The position numbers and the translations under genes were made by a program. From the NCBI GenBank assembly GCA_965224085.1, contig CBDCYI010000005.1:224001-288000 (forward strand): a stretch of 64,000 nucleotides of DNA. The letters are read 5' to 3'. The notes beneath the pieces were generated by a model. The model worked only from the letters and a program-made list of their open reading frames with translations, made no database searches and was not told the origin of the DNA. Below are positions 30,273 through 40,455 of the stretch, piece by piece; position 1 is the stretch's first letter; every line of letters begins with the position of its first letter. The DNA is from Candidatus Marinacidobacterales bacterium (GTDB lineage: Bacteria; Acidobacteriota; Vicinamibacteria; Marinacidobacterales; SMYC01).

Positions 30273-30646
30273 TCACGATGCTTTCGCTCCGCCTCTCACA
30301 ACGCCGACCGGTCGTTGAAACGGACTCGTGTGTCTCGTCGCGAACTCATAACGCTACCGTGGTGGTTACCGCACCGGGTAGGCCCTTCTTCTATCTTCCC
30401 CGCCATATCTCTGTCGATTCGCAACTCCCTGACGTCCAACTCCGACTTCCTGTCCGACCGTCTTCTCACTCCAATTTATGCATAGTTGCCGCTAGCTGGG
30501 CGGCTTAGTTCAATTACGGTTTGCACGAATGCTCGCTCTACAAGCATCGTGCCTCGCGTAACGCCGTGCTTCGCTCGATTCCTGCAAACCGCTATTAATT
30601 TCTCGGAAAGTGCCAGACCATTCCTTGATTAAATCATGTCTACTCC

Positions 30647-30913
30647 GTGGAAGTCTACAACGAGAACAAGACCTACAAGGGGAAGCATATATCCGACTGG
30701 GGCGGGGATCTCGAGGTTCCCGTGCTGCTCATGTGGAGCCAGCCTGGCTCGAGGGTGGAGTGGGGCCTGAAACACTTCTTCAAGGCCCCCGGGGCCGAGA
30801 TGCGCATCCTCCCGTGGTCTGGGCACCACCTCTTCACGGATCAGAGCGATAGATGGGTGCAGGTCGTGACCAACTGGCTGCAGAACGACTCCGCCCGTCC
30901 CCCGAACCCGTGA
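30647..30913 (+). pseudogene. C-terminal fragment of an alpha/beta hydrolase
   Basis: LEVPVLLMW...ILPWSGHHLFTDQSDRWVQVVTNWL resembles the catalytic-His end of alpha/beta hydrolases; N-terminus missing next to the element end. Confidence 0.55.
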
Positions 30914-30933
30914 GTCGTTTCGAAATGGCCGAT

Positions 30934-31849
30934 TTAGAGCTCGTCGACGAGCGGCAGCACTTCCTCTAGTAGCTCGAGCTGTCGCGCCACTTGAGCCGAG
31001 AGCCCCTCGAACACCAGGTAGATCTGCCGCGTCGGTTTCGCGTCCGCCCTCCCAACCACCCCGCTGAGCGACGCCAGCTTGAGCGCCGGTCCCTTCGGCG
31101 GTATGAGATTTGGATAATTCGGGTTGACGAGGCGAACCAGGCCACTCTCGATTGCGAGCAGCTTCCCTCTGGCACTCGCCGCTGCACGCGCCACCGCAGG
31201 GTCGCCGCCGGCGGCCTGCACGCGCTCGTCTATCTGCCGACGCGCGACGCGCAGCCGGTTGACCGCGTCGGTAGCCTCCGACAGCCGATCCCGAATCTGC
31301 ACCATGAGCGCGAACTGCTCCTTTAGATCGACGTCGGTCGCGGTGATCCGCGGAACTTTCCGGATCTCGAACGGCCGCTCGAGCTCCTGCCCGCCTACCG
31401 CCAACCGCGCACGGTAGCGGCCCGGCGGCGCCGAGGCGCGCGCATAGTCTCCCGGTCCCGTCAACAGCGGATCGCGCCGAACTCGTTTTCGGGCCAGACG
31501 CTGATGGTGGGGGCCTGGCCCGTCCGCATGTCGTGGCGCACGATGGCGGTTCGATCGCCAGCGTACACGACGCTGCCGTCGGGCTTGACCGCCGTCTGTC
31601 CGCCCTCGCCACCGCTGATCCGCTCCCAGGTGATGGCGCTGCCGGTGGTCCGGCTCGGCACCGTGAAGTGAGAGTTATCGTTCTGGGTGGCGTAGATCCG
31701 ATAGGGAAACTGATCGTCGATGGCGAGACTGAACAGGCAAGCCGTCGGCTGATTGTATATCGTCGACCACGAGGCGCCTCCGTTCAGCGTCACGGTGGCG
31801 CCGCCGTCGTTGCCTTCGATCATCCGGTCGGAGTTTTTCCGAGAAATCG
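30934..31849 (-). pseudogene. Fragmented VPS10/BNR-repeat glycosyl-hydrolase-like gene
   Basis: MIEGNDGGATVTLNGGASWSTIYNQPTA...FPYRIY segment (31461-31849) joined out of frame to a C-terminal PGRYRARL...QIRDRLSE segment; large internal parts missing. Confidence 0.75.
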
Positions 31850-33034
31850 CTAGCCTCCGACCATGTGTCGCACCAGCGTGGCCACCGCGAGGCCAATGTA
31901 GTTGCCGGCTGCATATCCGAGCAGCCCCACCGCGATTCCCGGAAGCAGGCTGCTCGGATAGCCGCGCGTGCTGCATAGCGCTATAACCGAAGCCGGACCA
32001 CCAATGTTCGCCTGCGACGCAACGGCGAGTGTCACCGCGTCGATTCCCACCAGGCGTCCGATGCCGAAGATGACTGCGCCGTGCACCGCCACGGTAGTAG
32101 CGGCGAAGTACAGCACCGCGGGGCCGAGGTCAACGATGTTGGCGATCACGGCCTGCGCTCCGTTGCCCGCCAGAAAAAGATGGAGCAAGTAGTTGCCCCA
32201 GACCGCGCTGCCCGTCAACGTCTTCACGGCCGGCACCTGGGCGGCGAGCAACACCAACGTGGTGAGTATGAGCACTTCCGGAACAGGAATGAGGGTAGCG
32301 AGCCGACCCGCGAACCAAACGAGCCCAATCGCGATCATGCCCAGGGCAGCCGCGTCGGCCAGCGAAATCGGTCGAACGCTGCTGGTGAGTGTGTGGCTCA
32401 AGCTCTCGGATTCTCTGGAAGCGGAGCCCGTTTCAGAGGCCGGTGACTCCACGGCCGCCTTCTTCTCTGCATCCACATCTGCGACGGTGGACTGCGCCCC
32501 AGGCCCGAGCAACATGGGGATGGTCATGCAAGCCAACAGCCAGACGTTGGTCATGACGACGTCGCCCGCGATCGCCGCGCTGAACATATCCGCGCTTGTG
32601 TCGAAGGCGCGAGCCAGCGCAGCGAAGTTCACGCCCCCGCCGGTGTAGGTGCCCGTGTACTGTCCGGCCAGCTTCCACGTTTCCGGGCCTAGCACTTGGT
32701 TGAGAGCCAGGCCGGCTCCCGTCGCGCCAATCGCGGTCCCCGCGCCTCCGATAGCGAACGCCACCAGCATTCGCGGCCCGGCTCGGATGATCGAGCGGAC
32801 GTCGACGCTCAGGAGGATCAGGACAATTGCGAAGCTGACGCCGGTACTTCTCAGGAAAACGTAAGTCTCAGACCTTCCGGGCAACAGGCCGATGTTGGAC
32901 AGCGCCATGGCGGTAAGAATCGCCACCACCACCGATCCTAGCGATCGAAAGAGCCGGTAACGCCCTTGCAGGCGTATCGCGACATGGACAACTATTGCAA
33001 GAACGAGGAGAACAGCAGTCGGATCCGAAATCAC
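31850..33034 (-). CDS. DUF819-family membrane protein
   Basis: Multi-TM; GTYTGGGVNF, VASQANIGGPAS, GLLGYAAGNY motifs; GTG start at 33034 assumed. Confidence 0.85.
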   Translation of the reverse strand: MISDPTAVLLVLAIVVHVAIRLQGRYRLFRSLGSVVVAILTAMALSNIGLLPGRSETYVFLRSTGVSFAIVLILLSVDVRSIIRAGPRMLVAFAIGGAGTAIGATGAGLALNQVLGPETWKLAGQYTGTYTGGGVNFAALARAFDTSADMFSAAIAGDVVMTNVWLLACMTIPMLLGPGAQSTVADVDAEKKAAVESPASETGSASRESESLSHTLTSSVRPISLADAAALGMIAIGLVWFAGRLATLIPVPEVLILTTLVLLAAQVPAVKTLTGSAVWGNYLLHLFLAGNGAQAVIANIVDLGPAVLYFAATTVAVHGAVIFGIGRLVGIDAVTLAVASQANIGGPASVIALCSTRGYPSSLLPGIAVGLLGYAAGNYIGLAVATLVRHMVGG

Positions 33035-33147
33035 TTTGCTGGTTCCGAAAAGAGTACTTCTCGCCAAGTCTATATCATCGTGGAACGAGCTATGGCAACC
33101 TTTCCTGTCAGTTTTAGGTGACAAGCTCTTTGCTGGGAATTCCCTGG

Positions 33148-33202
33148 CTTATGGGTTTAGAAGAATAATCAATTGGACTCTGCGCAGGCGTGGATTTACT
33201 TT
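33148..33202 (+). promoter_or_regulatory. Conserved operator + sigma-70 promoter module, copy A
   Basis: CTTAT-N6-AGAAG-N3-AATCAAT-TGGACT-N17-TACTTT upstream of the FG-GAP gene; matches 38652-38707 and 59138-59192. Confidence 0.7.
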
Positions 33203-33303
33203 CCTGTAGCGTCAGACATTTGGCGTGCAATCATGGATTAACCTTAACTGTAGGACACAGCTATCCTCGCGCTGGTTCAGCGTAACACCATCTAAAGGGG
33301 TGC

Positions 33304-34887
33304 ATGATGAAACGATCCCGGGTTTTTCTTGCGTTCATGTCTTCGTTCTGGTTGGGCGTTCTCATCCTTTGCCAGGCGATGGCTGTGTCCTGCCAGGCTC
33401 GAGAAGAAAGCGGTTCCCAAGAAGGAGAAACGGCCGAATTGAACGAGAGCGTCGTGAGCTTCGAGCTCCACCAGGCGGAGCTTTTTGCCGAAAGAAGCTC
33501 GCACACCAATGCCTGGGCGGATTTCGACAACGACGGAGACCTGGACTTGTACGTCGGCTTCGGTGGAAAACCGAGCCGTCCCAACGCCCTCTATCAGAAT
33601 GACGGAGGGAGATTCACCGATGTGGCGGGGCAGGTGGGTGTTGCCGATACGGAACAGACCCGGTCGGTCGGCTGGGGAGACTACAACGCTGACGGTCACG
33701 TCGACCTGTACGTGGGATTTTCCGGCGGGTCCCAAACGGGCCCGTCGTTCATTGGGAATCGGCTTTACCGTAACGATGGAGACGGGAAGCATTTCACGGA
33801 CGTGACCCAGTCGGTCGGTCTCGAGCTTGAAGCGGGAGGAGTGAGCCGGCAGATCAGCTTTGTCGATTACGACAACGACGGTGACGTGGATCTGTTCGTC
33901 GCTTTTCGAGGGCGCCCGGACCATTTGTTCCGCAATGATAATGGAAAGTTCACCGATGTCACCAAATCCATGGGTGACGATCCGGGGTCTTCCATGGGGG
34001 CTGTGTGGTTCGATTTCGACGAGGATGGCGACCTCGATATGTACCTCGCCAATATGGACGGATATGCGAACTGCTTTTATCGAAACGATGGCGGGCGTTT
34101 CGTAGAAGTCGCCCAGGAGTTGGGTCTGGACACCGGGGGACGGGAGATAGCCAAAGAACCAGGTTCACATGCCTTTGGAAGCATCCGACCCGACCTCATC
34201 GATTACGACAACGATGGCGACCTGGATATTTACATGACCAACCTGGGTACCGTAGACGCGCTCTATCGAAACGACGGCAAAGGCCAGTTCGTCAACGTCT
34301 CTGACCAGGTGGGTTTGACCAATGACGGTTATCGGGGCACCGCTACCTGGGCGGATTTTGACAACGATGGGCGGATCGACGTTTACGTCCTGGGAACCGT
34401 GTATCGCAACGAGGGGAACGCGTTTCGCGACGTGACGCCGTCGGTAGTAACTGAAAATGTTGGAGGCTATGGCGTGCAGTCGGCTGATTTCGATGGTGAT
34501 GGAGATATGGACCTCGCGTTTTCGAGCAGAAACCATTACCTCTTTCGCAACCTGCTGGGGGAAGACGGCCGTCGCCGTTCTTTGCAGGTGTTGGTTCTCG
34601 ATGGAAAGGGCCACTACACGCGCGCCGGCTCGGAAGTACGGCTCTACCGGGCCGGAACACGGAATCTGCTCGGAACACGAATCGTTGAGACGGGTTCGGG
34701 TTACGGCTCCCACAACGCCATCCCCGTTCACTTCGGATTGGGAGAGGAAGGGCAGGTTGACGTGGAAATCACCACCATGACCCCGACTGGACGCAAGGTT
34801 GGCCGCCTCTCGAACGTCGATCCAGGATCTCAGGCCGGCTCCGCCATCACCGTGAAGGTGGATGCCGACGGGAAGGTGGTGGAGTAG
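33304..34887 (+). CDS. Secreted FG-GAP repeat / ASPIC-UnbV (CRTAC1-like) protein
   Basis: Repeated D[FY]DNDGDLD motifs, LYRNDG, C-terminal GSGYGSHN.IPVHFGLG; signal peptide. Confidence 0.92.
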   Translation: MMKRSRVFLAFMSSFWLGVLILCQAMAVSCQAREESGSQEGETAELNESVVSFELHQAELFAERSSHTNAWADFDNDGDLDLYVGFGGKPSRPNALYQNDGGRFTDVAGQVGVADTEQTRSVGWGDYNADGHVDLYVGFSGGSQTGPSFIGNRLYRNDGDGKHFTDVTQSVGLELEAGGVSRQISFVDYDNDGDVDLFVAFRGRPDHLFRNDNGKFTDVTKSMGDDPGSSMGAVWFDFDEDGDLDMYLANMDGYANCFYRNDGGRFVEVAQELGLDTGGREIAKEPGSHAFGSIRPDLIDYDNDGDLDIYMTNLGTVDALYRNDGKGQFVNVSDQVGLTNDGYRGTATWADFDNDGRIDVYVLGTVYRNEGNAFRDVTPSVVTENVGGYGVQSADFDGDGDMDLAFSSRNHYLFRNLLGEDGRRRSLQVLVLDGKGHYTRAGSEVRLYRAGTRNLLGTRIVETGSGYGSHNAIPVHFGLGEEGQVDVEITTMTPTGRKVGRLSNVDPGSQAGSAITVKVDADGKVVE

Positions 34888-34904
34888 AAGAGCAGTTCAG
34901 CAGC

Positions 34905-36077
34905 CTATGCTCCCACCTGCATCTTTCCTGCGCGGAAGTCTTCCTGGAATCTGTCGATCTGCTCCAGGCCCGCGCGCACGTCGGCCGCCGGCGTGCCCGG
35001 ACCGAAGCCGAGGCGCACGTAGCCCTCGTAGCCGTAACAGCTGCCCGGAATGATGTACGTCCGGTAGGGCTCCTTCAGCAGCCCGACACACAGGTCCCAG
35101 GACGGAAGGTCCAGCTCGAACGACGGGAAGGACAGGAAGCCGCCCTCCGGCGGGACCCAGTTGAAGACGTTGCTGGATCGCATCCACTGGGAGATGAGGT
35201 CATAGCTCTCTCGCGCCGCCTCCATGCTCTTGCCGGCGAGACTCCAGAGCTTGTCCTTCTCGAGCGCCGCCATCGCCACCGTCTCGTCCAGCCGGCTTTC
35301 CTGGTGGAGCGTGATGTAGTACTTCAGCTCCATGCAACGCTCGAGGAAGTCGCGGTCCTGGGTCGCGAACCATCCCAGGCGGGTGCCGCTGAGGCCGAGG
35401 ATCTTGGAAATGCTGCCGGTCGCCACGCCGCGCTCGTAGACATTGACGATGGTTGGCGACAATTCCTTGCTCCATTCCATACCGCGATAGATCTCGTCGG
35501 AGATGACGTAGGTGCCATGCTTGCGGGCCAGATCGCAGATCGTGGTGAGCTCGCTTTCGGTCAGCATCGCCCCGGTCGGATTGTTGGGATGGCAAATGTA
35601 GATGAGCTTGGTCTTGTCGGTGAGCAGGCCCTTCAGCTCGTCGAGGTCGAACTTCCAATTCAGCTCCGGTCGGCGGCGTAGAAGCTTGACCTTTGCCTTC
35701 AAGGCCTCGCCCAGCACTCTCGGTTGCTCCCAGGAGGGGGTTTCGACGATGGCTTCGTCGCCCGGCTCCAGAATCGAGGTCATGGCGATAAAGTTCGACA
35801 TCTGGGTGCCGAGCGTGATCAGAACGTTGTTCGCCCCCAGGTCATAGCGGAAGGTGTCGGCAACACGCGCTCGCAGCGGCGGAAAGCCGTAACGGTTCCC
35901 CGACTTGATCAGCGGTGTCTCTGGCGGGAAGCCGCCGTCGATGATGTCGCCCAGCGTCCAGGCAATCCCTTCCGGGCTGATGAGCTGGTTGACCGTCCAT
36001 TTCTGGTTCTCGACGTCCCAACCGAGGTCACGGCCGATGTTGAAGAAGTCACTGAGTTTCTGCGATCTGATTTCCAC
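34905..36077 (-). CDS. Class I/II PLP-dependent aminotransferase
   Basis: HPNNPTG, SDEIYRG, SISKILGLSGTRLGW, YVRLGFG. Confidence 0.92.
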   Translation of the reverse strand: MEIRSQKLSDFFNIGRDLGWDVENQKWTVNQLISPEGIAWTLGDIIDGGFPPETPLIKSGNRYGFPPLRARVADTFRYDLGANNVLITLGTQMSNFIAMTSILEPGDEAIVETPSWEQPRVLGEALKAKVKLLRRRPELNWKFDLDELKGLLTDKTKLIYICHPNNPTGAMLTESELTTICDLARKHGTYVISDEIYRGMEWSKELSPTIVNVYERGVATGSISKILGLSGTRLGWFATQDRDFLERCMELKYYITLHQESRLDETVAMAALEKDKLWSLAGKSMEAARESYDLISQWMRSSNVFNWVPPEGGFLSFPSFELDLPSWDLCVGLLKEPYRTYIIPGSCYGYEGYVRLGFGPGTPAADVRAGLEQIDRFQEDFRAGKMQVGA

Positions 36078-36115
36078 CTTTTTACTCCACTACCACGTCA
36101 AGAAGTCAGCGCCTT

Positions 36116-38617
36116 TCAACGCCCTGAGCTCCCGGACGACGTTTGTCGGAGACCCGCTTTTCCTCGCCGCTCGAAAACAAGCTCGCCGTCGATGAAGACC
36201 ATCTGAGGAAGCACATGGTAATCGAAGGGGTGTCCTTCCAGAACCATGAAATCGGCGTCCTTCCCCACATCGATGCTACCGATCCGATCCTCCATACCGA
36301 TCATCTCGGCGGCGTTCAAAGTGACCATTTTCAGCGCCTCCTGCTCGGGCGTGCCGTTGCGGAACGCCCAGGCCGCGTTGAGGGCGGGCTCGCCCCCGAG
36401 GGTTCCGGTTGGCATGACCCGGCGGGTGCCGTTGGCTCCGAAGAAGGACACGGTTACTCCAGCCTTACTCAACAACGCCGGGCTCTGATCGTTGTAGTTC
36501 TTGCCACCGCCGCGGATGGACTCGTACGAGCCGTTGACCCCTCCTGAGTTTCCAAGAATCACGCTGACATGAGCTCGCGCCAGGTCGCCTGCGATTTTGT
36601 GGGCTTGCACGGCGCCGGCAATAATCAGACGCAGGTTGTAGTCTTCAGAGATCTTCATGGCGGTCCGGATCTCCTCTACCGTATTGGCTTGAAAGATGGC
36701 GGGAACGTCTCCTTCCAGTAACGGACGGAGCGCCTCGAATCGCTGATTGTAGGCTCCCGGCTCAGCCTGCTCGAGATATTGCTTTGCCGCGTCCAGGGTG
36801 TTCCGGATCATGTGAACCGCCGTCTCCAGGGTCACTTCCACCTGAGAGTCCTTCGCCCAGAAACGGATCGAGCTGGGCGCGGCAGAGAACACCACCGAGC
36901 TCGGTGACATCCTCACCATCTTTTCCACGTTCATCCCCGCCGTCTTGATCACCACCCCTCGTCCACCGATCAGGTTGAGAATACCGGGCGTGATATTCTG
37001 AGCGGTAACGCCGACCTGGCGGATGACCTCGAAAGACGGGAACCAGGGATCGAAAGCAAAGCGGGCGTCCATCTCGGGCACGATGGGCTCGATGTTCTCA
37101 TCGTTTTGAATCTGCCACGTCAGATCTCCCATCCAATCGTTGGGAAAGGCACGGGGACTGACAAAGCCTGGCAAAACGATCCGTCCGCCGAGGTCCAATG
37201 ACGGGACGCCCCGCGGCGCGCTGCCGCCGGCGCCCACGTCGGTGATCTTGCCATCCTCGACGAGAATCCTTCCGTTGGGAATGTTTCCCTGACTCACGGT
37301 AAAGATGTGGGCGTTGGTCAGGGCGAAGGTCTTCTGGTCCGCCTGCAATCGGCCCTTGACCGGCCGGAACGGTCCCACCTTGGTGGGGGCCGCCGTTTGC
37401 CTCCATTGCTTGCGCTCGAACTCCAGGACGCCGTCCACGAAAACCTTTTCGATCCTCTCGGCATGGAGGTCGAAGGGTGGACCGTTCATGAGAACCAGGT
37501 CGGCATCCTTGCCCACTTCGATGCTGCCGATGCGCTCATCGAGCATCATGGCCTTGGCGCCGTTGATGGTCAGAGCCTCGAGCGCGTGCTCCTCCGTAAG
37601 CCCGTGGCGGATGAGGAAGGAGCCGTACTCCCGGAAACACTTCGCCTGCTCGGCGCCTTTGTCGGTTTGAATGCTCGCCGCGACTCCGGCTTCCATCAAC
37701 TCCTTGACGACGTTGTGGGAAACGCGGTCGCCGTAGAATCGAACGATGAACCCCGGACCGATCACCGGGATGATCTTGGTCTTGGCGAGGATGTCTGCAA
37801 TGGGGAAGACGTCCTGGACGTGACTGAGAGCCAGCCGGTCGATGAAGCCGTACTCCCGGGCCAGGTGCATCCCCATCATCACTTCGCCGGGATAATGAGA
37901 ATGGAGGTGAACCATCACGTCGCCTCGCACAACCGCAGCGAAAGCTTCCAGCCTCTCGTTCACTTCCGGTTTATCCCGCTTGCCTGCTTCGTAGTCCTCC
38001 CAATCCTTCAAGTACGCTTTTGCCCGCCGGAAGTACTCGCTGGCGGTGGCGTACCAGCCCATGATCGTGGCCGGGGTCTGATCGGGCCGTAGCCGGATCA
38101 AGGGACGGATGGCCATTTTCAAATCCACATACGGCTTGAGAATCATGTCCTTGGACGGATCGCCCTTCAACTTCACCGCCACCGCCTGGCCGCTGCTGAT
38201 AATCCCGCTGCCCGAGCGGGTGATCATGCTGGTGACGCCTCCGGACAGCGCGATGGGGATCATCGGATCGGTAGGATCGAAGTGATCCACCGCTTTCCAC
38301 TCTGCCGTCACGGGCCCGGGCGGTCGATTCCCTCCGAAGCTCCGGTCGAGGGCCATGTGGGAGTGAGCGTCGATCATGCCAGGCATGACCACCTCGGCGC
38401 TGAATTCGCGAGCCCCCGCCGGGGCATCGACGTTGGTTCCCACCTGCTGGATCTTTCCTCCCTCGATGAGAATCTGACCGTTTTTGATCGTTCCGCTCGT
38501 CACCGTATAGATTTTCTTGGCTTTGATAACCGTGGGGAGGGATTGCGCAACGACCGCGGTCGATCCCAGAGGCAAGGCCAATGAGAGAAGCGCAACCTGG
38601 ACTGGCCTGGTTTTCAT
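36116..38617 (-). CDS. Secreted tandem double amidohydrolase
   Basis: Signal peptide after ATG 38617 (RBS GGAGG); domain 1 PGMIDAHSH; two RIGSI.VGKDAD C-terminal motifs; domain 2 lacks HxH. Confidence 0.88.
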   Translation of the reverse strand: MKTRPVQVALLSLALPLGSTAVVAQSLPTVIKAKKIYTVTSGTIKNGQILIEGGKIQQVGTNVDAPAGAREFSAEVVMPGMIDAHSHMALDRSFGGNRPPGPVTAEWKAVDHFDPTDPMIPIALSGGVTSMITRSGSGIISSGQAVAVKLKGDPSKDMILKPYVDLKMAIRPLIRLRPDQTPATIMGWYATASEYFRRAKAYLKDWEDYEAGKRDKPEVNERLEAFAAVVRGDVMVHLHSHYPGEVMMGMHLAREYGFIDRLALSHVQDVFPIADILAKTKIIPVIGPGFIVRFYGDRVSHNVVKELMEAGVAASIQTDKGAEQAKCFREYGSFLIRHGLTEEHALEALTINGAKAMMLDERIGSIEVGKDADLVLMNGPPFDLHAERIEKVFVDGVLEFERKQWRQTAAPTKVGPFRPVKGRLQADQKTFALTNAHIFTVSQGNIPNGRILVEDGKITDVGAGGSAPRGVPSLDLGGRIVLPGFVSPRAFPNDWMGDLTWQIQNDENIEPIVPEMDARFAFDPWFPSFEVIRQVGVTAQNITPGILNLIGGRGVVIKTAGMNVEKMVRMSPSSVVFSAAPSSIRFWAKDSQVEVTLETAVHMIRNTLDAAKQYLEQAEPGAYNQRFEALRPLLEGDVPAIFQANTVEEIRTAMKISEDYNLRLIIAGAVQAHKIAGDLARAHVSVILGNSGGVNGSYESIRGGGKNYNDQSPALLSKAGVTVSFFGANGTRRVMPTGTLGGEPALNAAWAFRNGTPEQEALKMVTLNAAEMIGMEDRIGSIDVGKDADFMVLEGHPFDYHVLPQMVFIDGELVFERRGKAGLRQTSSGSSGR

Positions 38618-38651
38618 TTCGAATCCTCCACCCTCACTCTTACCCACATCT

Positions 38652-38707
38652 ACGCTAATTCGGCTCCGGCTGCTGAGTCCAATTGATTGCGCTTCTAAGG
38701 CTATAAG
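38652..38707 (-). promoter_or_regulatory. Conserved operator + sigma-70 promoter module, copy B
   Basis: Minus strand CTTAT-N6-AGAAG-CGC-AATCAAT-TGGACT-N18-TAGCGT, 35 bp upstream of the amidohydrolase ATG. Confidence 0.7.
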
Positions 38708-38724
38708 CAAAACTGTGCTGTTGC

Positions 38725-40380
38725 TTAGCTCTGGTCGCTCGTTGCCTGGACATAGTTATCCAACATATCTACCAGGTACTTCTCCGCGTCGGCCAGCCCG
38801 GCGATTTTACCATCTCCTTCAATCACCATGTACTCGTCAATGTTTCCGCGCCCTCCGCCCCCGATGACCCCACCTCGAATACAGGGCACGCCATATGTAT
38901 TCGGAACGACCGTCCAGGGGCCACCGCCGGCTTGAATCGGCCAGATCACACTTTGCACGCGCCAATCCTGTAGGGTTTTGAGCGTCGATTGGACGGCCGG
39001 CTCAGAGAGCGACGTTTGAGAATGGCTGAAGGCAGCAAACACTTCCAACTCGATGTCTGAGTAACCTTGTTTGTCCAAGTGGCGTCGTAGACAGCCGATG
39101 ATCTCCTCAGGAGACATATCCACCACCAGCCGCATGTCGAGCGTCGCCGTGGCTCGATCAGGGATGATGTATGGGATCGTGGTCGTCTCCGGTCCCAGAA
39201 AGCCGCTCCGTAGGCCGGCGATATTTAAGGTGGGTCCGTACAGGAAATTGATCAAGGGATCCATCCCCTCAGTGCCCCCTGTCGGCAGAGGGACATTATT
39301 GGCACCACCCAAGGGAAGCGCATCCCGCCAATCCCGGCCGGCAAAACGAGCGGCCAGCCTTTCCAGTAGCTCCTGCTCCTCGGCGGTCAAAGGCTTGCGG
39401 TAGGTCCAAAGCTTCTCCAACCCTTCGACCTTGCAACCCCGCCCGTGTTGGTCGGTTAGGGTAGCCAGGGCCTGGGCCAGACGAAAAGGCGGGCAATCTA
39501 CCAGAGAAGCCGCCGCACTGTGCAAAGTGTTGACCGGGCCCCGACCCCAACTGGAGCCGCTGGCGGTGAGCTCGACAACGACCATGCCTTTCAACCCCAG
39601 ACCGATGGAGACCGTTCCGCTGGCATCCTGAGTGCTGGCCGGGCAGAAGCTGGCTTGCACCTGCTTTAGACGATCATGGTAACGCTCCACAAAATCGTAG
39701 TAGCTAGGGCTACCCATGATCTCTTCACCTTCTGCCAGAAACATGATATTGACCGGTAGCGTACCTTCGACTGCAATGATGGCAGCCAGGACATTGAGCC
39801 AGGCCACATAGGGCCCCTTTGCCCCCATCGCCCCCCGACCCACCAGGACCTTGGGGTAAGGTCCCACCGAAACGAGCTCAGCTCCCCAGGGATCATAGTG
39901 CCAGTCACCCGCTTGGACGGTTCGGGTGTCGAACATGCAATAGTTGTGGACCGTCAGAGGCGCCCCCGCATCGTAATAGGCCCACACACCCGGGTGGTAC
40001 CGTCCTTCGATGATTTCTACTTCCTGACAACCCAGGTTCCGGTAGGATTTGGCGACCAATTCAGCGCATTCGCGCATTCCCAGATTGTCCCAACTAACGC
40101 TTTTCTGTCGTACCCATTGCTGGATATGAGAGATGTGCTCATCTTGATGATGATCGATGTAACGTTGGATTGCTTCACGATTCAATTTAGGACTCCGCTT
40201 TTCGACTACATTCAGTTTGCTAGCTCGATACTTCGATGGAATGCACCCGGTGATTAGCTTGATTCGTGCGGTGGTAATTGCAGACCTCTCTATCGTACCC
40301 CGTCCTTCTGGATGAGCACTACCACACTGGGGCCCAACAGGTTCCTCGTTGGCCACTCGCTTCTTCTTTACCGATGCCAC
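38725..40380 (-). CDS. M20/M25/M40-family metallopeptidase/deacylase
   Basis: GRGAMGAKG, EGEEIMGS, GLKGM, LDMRLV. Some metal-ligand positions look atypical. The true start is probably ~150 nt downstream of 40380. Confidence 0.82.
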   Translation of the reverse strand: MASVKKKRVANEEPVGPQCGSAHPEGRGTIERSAITTARIKLITGCIPSKYRASKLNVVEKRSPKLNREAIQRYIDHHQDEHISHIQQWVRQKSVSWDNLGMRECAELVAKSYRNLGCQEVEIIEGRYHPGVWAYYDAGAPLTVHNYCMFDTRTVQAGDWHYDPWGAELVSVGPYPKVLVGRGAMGAKGPYVAWLNVLAAIIAVEGTLPVNIMFLAEGEEIMGSPSYYDFVERYHDRLKQVQASFCPASTQDASGTVSIGLGLKGMVVVELTASGSSWGRGPVNTLHSAAASLVDCPPFRLAQALATLTDQHGRGCKVEGLEKLWTYRKPLTAEEQELLERLAARFAGRDWRDALPLGGANNVPLPTGGTEGMDPLINFLYGPTLNIAGLRSGFLGPETTTIPYIIPDRATATLDMRLVVDMSPEEIIGCLRRHLDKQGYSDIELEVFAAFSHSQTSLSEPAVQSTLKTLQDWRVQSVIWPIQAGGGPWTVVPNTYGVPCIRGGVIGGGGRGNIDEYMVIEGDGKIAGLADAEKYLVDMLDNYVQATSDQS

Positions 40381-40455
40381 GCTTCTCCCGGAAGGCCGCG
40401 ACAGGTCATCTTGAGCCGCTCCGCCGTGAAGTTAGGAACCAGATCACTGAGGCGC

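Larger units (their letters stand above)
27514..30599 (+). mobile_element. Tyrosine-recombinase + IS91-type (Y2 HUH) transposase element, copy 1
   Basis: Near-identical to 42795/43340-46276. 14-bp IR TTGAACTAAGCCGC (27514) / GCGGCTTAGTTCAA (30500-30513). Shared sequence continues through a hairpin to ATTAAT at 30599. Confidence 0.9.

Noticed and set aside
30269-30508. 79-aa ORF after the IS91 transposase (also 45946-46185)
   Set aside because: No motif; overlaps the terminal IR region. Identity between copies is uninformative.
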